Part shown: piece after piece, positions 56,391 to 64,000 of the stretch
Layout of the letters: each line of letters opens with the position of its first letter
Numbering within the stretch: position 1 is the first letter of the stretch
NCBI GenBank assembly: GCA_964035575.1
Contig: OZ037841.1
Coordinates: forward strand, 434,001 to 498,000
From: Rhynchopus sp. YZ270_cl-10
Taxonomy: Eukaryota
DNA: 64,000 nucleotides
Direction of reading: 5' to 3'
Program-made: the position numbers and the translations under genes
The notes under the pieces: generated by a model
What the model was told of the DNA's origin: nothing
Databases searched by the model: none
Seen by the model: the letters and a program-made list of their open reading frames with translations, nothing else

Positions 56391-56567
56391 GGAGAGGGAG
56401 ACTCCGGCACCGACCATTTTTCCGTAGGACTTCATGTTGTCCATGACGGACTCGGCGTTTGCGACACCCTTGTCGAAGACTCCGAGACGTCTGCGTGCAC
56501 TGAGCTCGTACTGCCTGCCAATGACAATCAGCATGCGCTCCCCAAACGACAGCTTAACGAGGTCCGC
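56391..56567 (-). pseudogene. 177-bp fragment of a DnaJ-X-domain-like gene
   Basis: Absent from paralogous units. 59 open codons ADLVKLSFGERMLIVIGRQYELSARRRLG... resemble the DnaJ X-domain motif (recognised from memory). Confidence 0.6.
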
Positions 56568-57486
56568 CGGACAAACGAAAAAGTGGAGTTATTGATGCAG
56601 GCCCCATCTCCCCTCCCGCTGACCCACGCACCCTGAGTTTGCCTGCAAACACCGGAAAACTCAGGGTCAAAATCAGGTGGCTAATGATGAAGATTATCTA
56701 AAAGCTTTTGCAAAGAAAACCCTCCCATTTTTTAATTGAACTCGAATTGTACTCTTTTCTGTTTTTTTAAAAGACACTGGATGGGGTATGTAGGTTGCCT
56801 GTGGGTGTTGGAAAACACACAAGGCATCATGTATTTATATAAAACGGTCGCATCCTATGTGTTCCCTTTTGTTAGCCTGACACAATAAACTGTGAAAAGA
56901 TCACGAGCGGTCGGGTTACATAGGTTTTGTTGTCATCACCATCTATCTGCCCACATGCCACATAGTATGACAATGATCTGAACAAAATACATTTGATTTG
57001 AAATACAAAGCCCTCCCATAACAGTGCACCTTGGTACATGACCAGTGCACCGAGTGGAAAATGGGAAATGCAAGACAACGCAAAACGCCACCTTCACCAA
57101 GGCACCGTATTACTCTTCAGAACGGGCCACTCACTAAAGGAGTGGTAGGCACACACAGACGACGATGAGAACTTTTTTTATCTAAACAAAACATCTTGTC
57201 ACAACGTGGTAACGTTGATTCTTTTTAAAAAAAGGTTGATTTCAAGATAAAAAAAACCTAAGCGAGAGATCAAAGAAAAAAATCTCCCTTTTTTTTTTGT
57301 TGAGATTTGCAAGGACCGATCCTTCAGAACACCCTCCCCTCCCCAAGATGGATAAAACAAAACCTCGACCGTTTTGTACCACGAAACTCTTTATTAGACA
57401 CCCAAAAGAGTTGAGAGAGAATGCACCCTCACGGGCACCTTCTATTTAAACCCCCACCCCATCTCCCTCTCTCTTTTTTATCCCCC

Positions 57487-58635
57487 TCATGTATTATCTA
57501 ATAGCTGCGGGCTTCGATATTTTGCATCTTTGGGATGAGTTTCATTTTCTGCTTTGTGCTTTGCCGCTTCCGTTGGAATCATCTCCTCAGATTCCTCCAG
57601 TTCCTCCATTTCCCCTTCGTCCCCTGCAGCTTCTACTGCGAATGGGGTGTTTTCTACATCAGCACTGCCTTCTGAGAGGTAGTTCCCTGGTTCAGTTGAT
57701 ACGTTGTTAGGCAAATCGAGGATATTTGTCGCAGCTTTTGAGGAAGCAGTAGAAGTGCCTTCTTCGTGCACACCACTGTGCACAGAATAGCGCCGCATGA
57801 CCACAGAGCAACGTTGTTTCGAAGACGGCGCGACGGAAGCCCGAAGGCGAGACGCCCTGCGGTATTGGACACTCCGCTCAGCTTCTTGCAAATCATTGAT
57901 ATGAGAGAGCGCTTGCCCACCAAAGGTTACCGTATAAATCTTCGAAAAGATTCTTAACGGAACACAGCCTGCTTCATGGATGTCGCAGACAACAAAATTT
58001 GCCCGCAACAACCGCAATCGGGTTTCGGTTATATGAAGAATCTGTTGGTGGTAGAGCTCAAACTCTTCGAGGGATACTTTTTCGTCTCCATCCGCAGTAC
58101 ACCAATTATAGAGGAGTTGTAGTACTGTATCGTCTAGTGGTTCATCCTTTAGACGGTACAGAAGCTTTGCATAGGTTGCTGATAGGATTGCAGAGAGAAT
58201 GGTAAAGACAACTTGGGTGATGCAAAGAACGATGAGAAGCCACCAAGAGGAGGTGACCCTATGGCATTCTTCGTTGACAACGTAGGTCGAGAGCGCCGGG
58301 CTGCAGGAGTCCAGGACAATCGCAAAACGGTCGGTCAAAAAGAAGATATGTTCCTGAGCAGTACACGCAAGCCACAGACTGCACATCATATAGCATTTTG
58401 CAAGAAACCCACTCCGATGCCTTCCGCTTGCAAATCCAACACAACATTGCAATGCCCCAAGGCAGCACATCCCCAACGTTGCCGGATAGTATTCCAACGT
58501 CTGACGTGGCGTGAGCACAAAGAGACTCGCAGTAAGCGGCAGAGCGTTCGCAATGAAAGCAAGCCCTGCAGACCAGGACTGTGCTCGTCTTAAAAATGAT
58601 AGTCGTTCATTCGCGCCCCCCCAGAATAACGGCAT
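57487..58635 (-). CDS. Multi-TM membrane protein with EF-hand-like motif
   Basis: About 4 hydrophobic segments, then ADGDEKVSLEEF and a degenerate second loop. Acidic disordered tail. Confidence 0.7.
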   Translation of the reverse strand: MPLFWGGANERLSFLRRAQSWSAGLAFIANALPLTASLFVLTPRQTLEYYPATLGMCCLGALQCCVGFASGRHRSGFLAKCYMMCSLWLACTAQEHIFFLTDRFAIVLDSCSPALSTYVVNEECHRVTSSWWLLIVLCITQVVFTILSAILSATYAKLLYRLKDEPLDDTVLQLLYNWCTADGDEKVSLEEFELYHQQILHITETRLRLLRANFVVCDIHEAGCVPLRIFSKIYTVTFGGQALSHINDLQEAERSVQYRRASRLRASVAPSSKQRCSVVMRRYSVHSGVHEEGTSTASSKAATNILDLPNNVSTEPGNYLSEGSADVENTPFAVEAAGDEGEMEELEESEEMIPTEAAKHKAENETHPKDAKYRSPQLLDNT

Positions 58636-61150
58636 TGCGTTTTAAGTAAAAAGCTTAGAATCTGGGATACGAACTGCAATTTTGTTGAGTTTTCTCCGGC
58701 TGTGAGTGTGTAAGGTGGGTGATATCGAGTTCGCGTTTTTTCCTGCGGTTCCCCGTGCTCCCCTTCTCGGGTTCACTCTCGCGAGTCTTCCCGGTTGAGG
58801 GTCATCTGATATCTGTTGAAACTCTCATTGTGTTGTGTGTTGAAGGTTGCAAAAGAATCTGTAGTGGTGGTGAAAAAAATGTGGAATACAAAGCTCGTTC
58901 AGGTTCTTTGAAACCGAAGGTCTCGTTTAATATTCTTTTTAACTGTTGTATTGTACGATTTTTGCACAACAAAAAAACGGGGTTTGACTGGGCTTTTATG
59001 AAGTTTTGTTATATTTTTTGTTTGATTTGAACAAAAACGGGGTTGGGGATAACATGGAAATGGGGTATTAGCTTTTTTTTTTTTTGCTTTTTTTGTTTGT
59101 TCTAATGTCGCAGTTCTGCTTCCAAAAAAAAAAAGACAAGACTCAGAGATATCTCTCAGAGAGAGGAAAGAAAGGCAACTATTGACTTCAATCGACGTAT
59201 GAGCCTTACTGGCACAACGCTTCTTTCCTTTTCTTTGAAAACTTGGTAGTAGAGTAGACACCCCCGAGGATGAGCTCCACCATTTTATTTTATTTTATTT
59301 TATTTTGCTGTATCGACGATCACAAAAATCTGTACTCAATGTCGTCCATGGAAGCTTTTATTTTTTGTGTCGACAATCGCCTAACGACCCGCTTGGGGAA
59401 CCTAGGATCTGTACTCAATGTTGGCCGAAGCCTTTGTACTTTTTTTTTCAAGGTGTGCATTTAAAAAAAGGAAAAAAAAAATTGTGATAATAGCTCACAG
59501 GCAAGGCTTTAGATTTTTTTTTGAAAACTTTGTATTAGTGTACATCCCGAGGATGAACTCCACTATACACTATTAAATAACTTCTGATGAACACAATGAG
59601 CGATCTTGTATCAGATGATACAGAGATCACGCTAAAGTTGCAACACAAGATTTTTTTTCTCTCTTTTCAAGAAAAGTAGCTATTGAAACTGAACTGATAC
59701 GAATGATCAGAAATATCCGCGAGGCAATAGGCGCAGAGTGTGAAATGCTTCAATTTTTTTGAACAACTTTTGTTGAAAAAAGAGAAAAAAAAAAAAGAAA
59801 AAAAAAAAAAAAAAAGGCAAACTTGAATGAAGAGAGAGGGAATCTCGCACTAACAATGACCCCAAACACATCTTTGCGTCAAAAGCATTTTAGGGCAAAT
59901 CACACTCAAAAAGAAGAAGTATTTTCATCATATGCAATCAATAAATTGATAGCATAAAGAAGAAGAAAACTTGGAAGATGAAGAATGAGCCTCTCGTGCA
60001 TAAAGACGAAGTACCCTTTTTTTCGTTGAAAACAGCCAAATAGGTGGTCGAATTTCTGTTTGGCGCAAAGTGGTTTTAAAATACCTACACTTCGACATCG
60101 GGGGGGAAACGAACCATGCAACATTAGATATCATACAAAGAGAAGGATATCTATTTCCAATTTTTCTGACAATAAAGCCAAAAAAGAAAGAAAGTATTTT
60201 GACACATTCAATAAATTGATAGCATAAAGAAAGAACGAAAACTAAGGTGGATGTGTGCCTCACACACATCCCTACTTTGGGCCATATCTCTGCGAGGGTT
60301 CAGCCAATCAATGATTGTAAAGACACAATTACCCCCTAAAGTAGGACAAGTAATATTGGCAATCAAAAAAACTCGCCAATTGCAAGAAAAACACCCCAAA
60401 ATCCGCCAATATTATTTGGTCGAGGTTGCCAAGTTTCTTGTCCAACTGTAAAATAAACCCGGGGCATTGTAAAAATTACTACTGATTTTTTTTTCAAACA
60501 CAGGGTTACCTTCAATTTGAATAGCCAAACACACACTGGCACACAATTCTTTGAGCGAAGCAAAGTTGCACAATATATTTTCTCCCATACCTGCGATACT
60601 AATGAATGGCCAGATTACACACACAAAGAAAGAAAACACACAACGTTGAAATATAAGTTTGCAGAAGGGGGGGAAACTCGTTTACTTTCTTTTTCGTCGA
60701 AAAAAAAAGAAAGGTTTATAAGATGAACCTTAGCTCACCTTAAGAAAATGAATGGGAGAGAGACGATCCGCGCCATTGAGTTAGAGTGTAATGGAGAAAA
60801 CGGATTACAAAAAAACAGAACAGTGCAAGCTTTCCACAGCAACTATCATTCTTGCATTTGTTTTATCATACATAAAAACAGAGACAAATGCAAAGTACTA
60901 AAAAATGACAAAAGGGGAAGGGAGAAGAGAAGAGAACAGAAAATAAAAAAATAAAAAAACCCGCACCAACTTATATCCTTGAAGGACACAAGGTTTCCCG
61001 CCGCCCCCCCTCCCCCACACCCTCTACACTTTGACGAACAGTGCGTCTTGAACAATTGTTGTGGGTTTTTGTTCTTCTGTGCAGTTTTTTGTTGCTTCAC
61101 GCCATCCATAGAATAAAAGAAAACAAAAATCTTCCCCTTTCCCCCACCCC

Positions 61151-62074
61151 TCACGCAATCGAACACCCACAATCCTTTTCCTTCACCGGACGTCGGCTGG
61201 GCAATGGAGTGTCTAAATCATCATATTTTGGAAGAATCGGGCCGAGGAGTGCTTTTACTACCCAGTCGGAACGTGAGAACTTGCGCACCCTCCCTGCCGC
61301 AAGCACCTGCGCCTTCTCTGAGTGGTAGTCATCTGTCACATCAATACCTGGCGCCGCATCGTCCAACTGGTTGAGCCAGGACATACTGGCGTCATCATCT
61401 GTGCATGCGAGCACCTGCACTTTAAACGTCCGGTTCGTATTCCTCTTCGACACACAATCAACGACGACCCTCCGGAAGGGCGCAGACCCTCCATTTGGCT
61501 CTCCATCTGTCGCAATAAGAAGCAAAATCGGTTTTTCCGATGCAGACATATGCCCGATCACCTGATTGACCCTTTCCGTGAGGGGCGTCGTACCGCGAGG
61601 AGGAGTCGCAAGGGCTTGGATGAATGCAGGGTCGTCCGTTGATTTAACGTTGTAGAGCGGAGGACGGTTCAGGAAGAAAATGTCGATTCCGTCGTCATCG
61701 AGACAGCATGCGATTTCGGCGACGAGGCGGACGGTGGAGCAGAGTTCGTCCCATCGTGTCACCCCTTTGCTTCCTAGCTGTCTCATTTGAGGGGGAAGGC
61801 TGCTTAACGTCATGCTGCCAGAGTCATCTGCAATGAACACGACTTCGTAGTCCTGGAGCACCACCAGATCGTTTGCATCGGCTATGCTGATCTCATACTT
61901 AGCGAGAATGCCATTCAGCTTTGCCAGATTGTCCTCCGGTGCTGCAACTGCATAAGGGTTGTGCACCGGAGCGGAACCCTGCTGGGTATACCCCGGTGCA
62001 GGCGGTGCTGAAGCGCTTGGCGGTGCCGATGCCGCAGGCGGTGCTGACGCTGCAGGAGGAGCTGAAGGCTGCAT
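61151..62074 (-). CDS. von Willebrand factor A domain protein with C-terminal CaaX
   Basis: MIDAS motif DDSGSM...TP...TDG. Pro/Ala N-terminal repeats. Ends CGCSIA*. Confidence 0.9.
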   Translation of the reverse strand: MQPSAPPAASAPPAASAPPSASAPPAPGYTQQGSAPVHNPYAVAAPEDNLAKLNGILAKYEISIADANDLVVLQDYEVVFIADDSGSMTLSSLPPQMRQLGSKGVTRWDELCSTVRLVAEIACCLDDDGIDIFFLNRPPLYNVKSTDDPAFIQALATPPRGTTPLTERVNQVIGHMSASEKPILLLIATDGEPNGGSAPFRRVVVDCVSKRNTNRTFKVQVLACTDDDASMSWLNQLDDAAPGIDVTDDYHSEKAQVLAAGRVRKFSRSDWVVKALLGPILPKYDDLDTPLPSRRPVKEKDCGCSIA

Positions 62075-62399
62075 AGAAAAGAGTGGTTAATGTGTATCTT
62101 CTGAGATGGGGGTAAAGAAAAGGAGAGGGGTAAAGGGGTGTTTTGAGTCGATGTGCGTCTTGGGTTGAAGGGGTAAGAGGTTATGAGCGGTAATGTAAAG
62201 GGGGGAACGGAATGACGCATCCTGAAGGTCGTTAAGATTAGTTACGTAAAGTCTCGCATCGTGGGTTTGATGGTTCATTGTTTGAGCGAAAGAAACCCCA
62301 CTTCTCACAAAGGTGGCCTGAGCGGGCTCTTTGAGGTTTTCCGAAAACGCATCGTTTCTCGGAAATTTTTTGAGCGAACACAGAATTTTCGGTAGATCT

Positions 62400-62945
62400 T
62401 ACGAGAAACAGAAACTCGGCTGGGGACCCGCTGTGGCAGAGGTCTGACAGAGCGGGCCGCAAATTCGAAGCAAATCGACTGACTTCGACAAATGCTTAGC
62501 TGAGGTCATCGTCCGGTTGGACAGGATGACTACGAGCCGTTCACATCTTCTCCGTTCGAGAGCGCGCACTGCGACAGAAATTCGAAGAAGCACACCGTCC
62601 ACTTCTACGAGCCTTGCCACCGACTCTACGGGATTGGTAAACGACTGTCGCAGGACTTAGTTGAGTGGAGACACATCCGTTGCCAACAAGCAAGACCCGA
62701 TCACGATGATTAAATGCTTCGTGGAGCTTCACCTCCACGACGGTTTCAAATCCTTCATGTCAGTTCATGGCATTCACGTCGGCTCCCTATTCTAGGAAAA
62801 AGGCGGACCCGATCCGCTTTGGGCTGTGGTGCCGAGGACTGTGCGGGGCAAAAGTGTGCTGGAGTGCGCTTTGCTGCGTACGTGAAGGACGTTCCTTCTT
62901 CGATCAATACGTTTTTCACGTACAGGAAGTTCTACGCCGTCAGGA
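62400..62945 (+). pseudogene. Decayed coding-like remnant, possibly tyrosine-recombinase related
   Basis: GC-rich island broken by stops and frameshifts. Pieces SKKHTVHFY, DPITMIKCFVEL, GSLF and TYRKFYA are only loosely YR-like. Confidence 0.25.
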
Positions 62946-64000
62946 CAAAAAAGAATATCGGTCAAAATGGACTGGTTGTTTGTGGGGGGGTGGTGATTTA
63001 AAAAAAAAAAATGGGTTTTTGCTGCGAAGTCTTCTTTTGAGTTGTGTTGTGGTATGAATTTTTTTATTTTTTTGTAAAAAAAATTTGAATTGGGTGACGT
63101 TGGTAGAAGGTATGTGCAATGGGTGCACAAAAATGTTCGTTTTTTTTATACACAGAGGGTGATATTCGAATGTGAAGTTCAGACATAAAAGGGAAACGGA
63201 GGGGAAGAGAAAGGTAGTCGCATTAACGGTTGTTTTTTAGCATTTTCCTTCAAGGGGGGTCCGTGCATATAAAAAAAAACCGGATGGAGCATTTTGTGGT
63301 TCATTTATGATGGGGACAACTCGTCGTGCTTGAGGTAGGTTTTGGTACTACAAAAAGAGATAGAAAAATAGTGGTATTATGGCAACCAAGCTGAGATGCT
63401 TTGCAGAACGGTGTTAGCAATAGCAACAAAAACCATATAAAAGAGAAGTCAACCTGGTCAACCTGGTTCCCCGCAGGTTATCGAAACCCCCAGAGAGCAT
63501 TTCATTGGCATACACACAGTTACCACCGAGGATATTGTAAGCAGGAACATAATCATTGCCCCCATCCAGAACGGAGTGTTTTATCACAAAGAAATCAAAA
63601 CAAAAATATTACAAATATCGCCAATGAGTTACTCTGCTGCTCTGCATGGTATGTACAAACCAAAAGAGGAATTTTTTAAAAGATGATCCAAAGCCTCGAT
63701 GGTCACCGTACTACTTTAAAAAAAGGGGGCAAAATTGAAAGATGAACCATTATATGCACCACTATGCACACATCATCTAAAACAAACACAGTAGCACCCT
63801 TAACTCAACGGTCAGGCAGCCTTACATAATGGGTAATACCTTTTATCTACCATCGCCCCTGTTGCTATAAATATCATTTCCCCCCCAATATACACAAAAA
63901 CAATAAGACACATGACACAAAAAAGTGAAGGTTGAAAAATAGTGCAAGAAAAATGTTCCTTCTTTTTGCACATAACATAGATGGGGTGAATGGGGACAAA

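Noticed and set aside
59905..60265. Short direct repeat tcaataaattgatagcataaagaa
   Set aside because: Local AT-rich duplication with no further structure.

Overview
Eukaryotic, probably euglenozoan (diplonemid-like; inferred, not verified) genomic window. Every intact gene is on the minus strand, as in a polycistronic unit, and four short GTATGT...CAG introns can be reconstructed. Left to right the genes are: an RRM-like gene and an intronless chimeric duplicate fused to a gag-like CCCH region, a coiled-coil hypothetical, a receptor-type (signal peptide/ectodomain/TM) Ser/Thr kinase, an F-box-like Cys-rich gene, two tandem CUB-like/mucin-stalk surface proteins, BOP1/ERB1, a ubiquitin-like protein, three tandem multi-TM adenylate cyclases (the middle one with an in-frame TAG), a multi-TM EF-hand protein and a CaaX-tailed VWA protein. 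The AT-rich spacers hold many non-autonomous TIR elements (two with an empty paralogous site in the window), a Helentron-like element, decayed transposase fragments and at least three families of short co-oriented hairpin repeats. The most striking observation is two 160-180 bp fragments of unrelated protein-coding genes found upstream of single members of tandem arrays. Both start GGAG(A/G)GG at a ^CTTTAT site and lack a TSD, suggesting a gene-fragment capture process.
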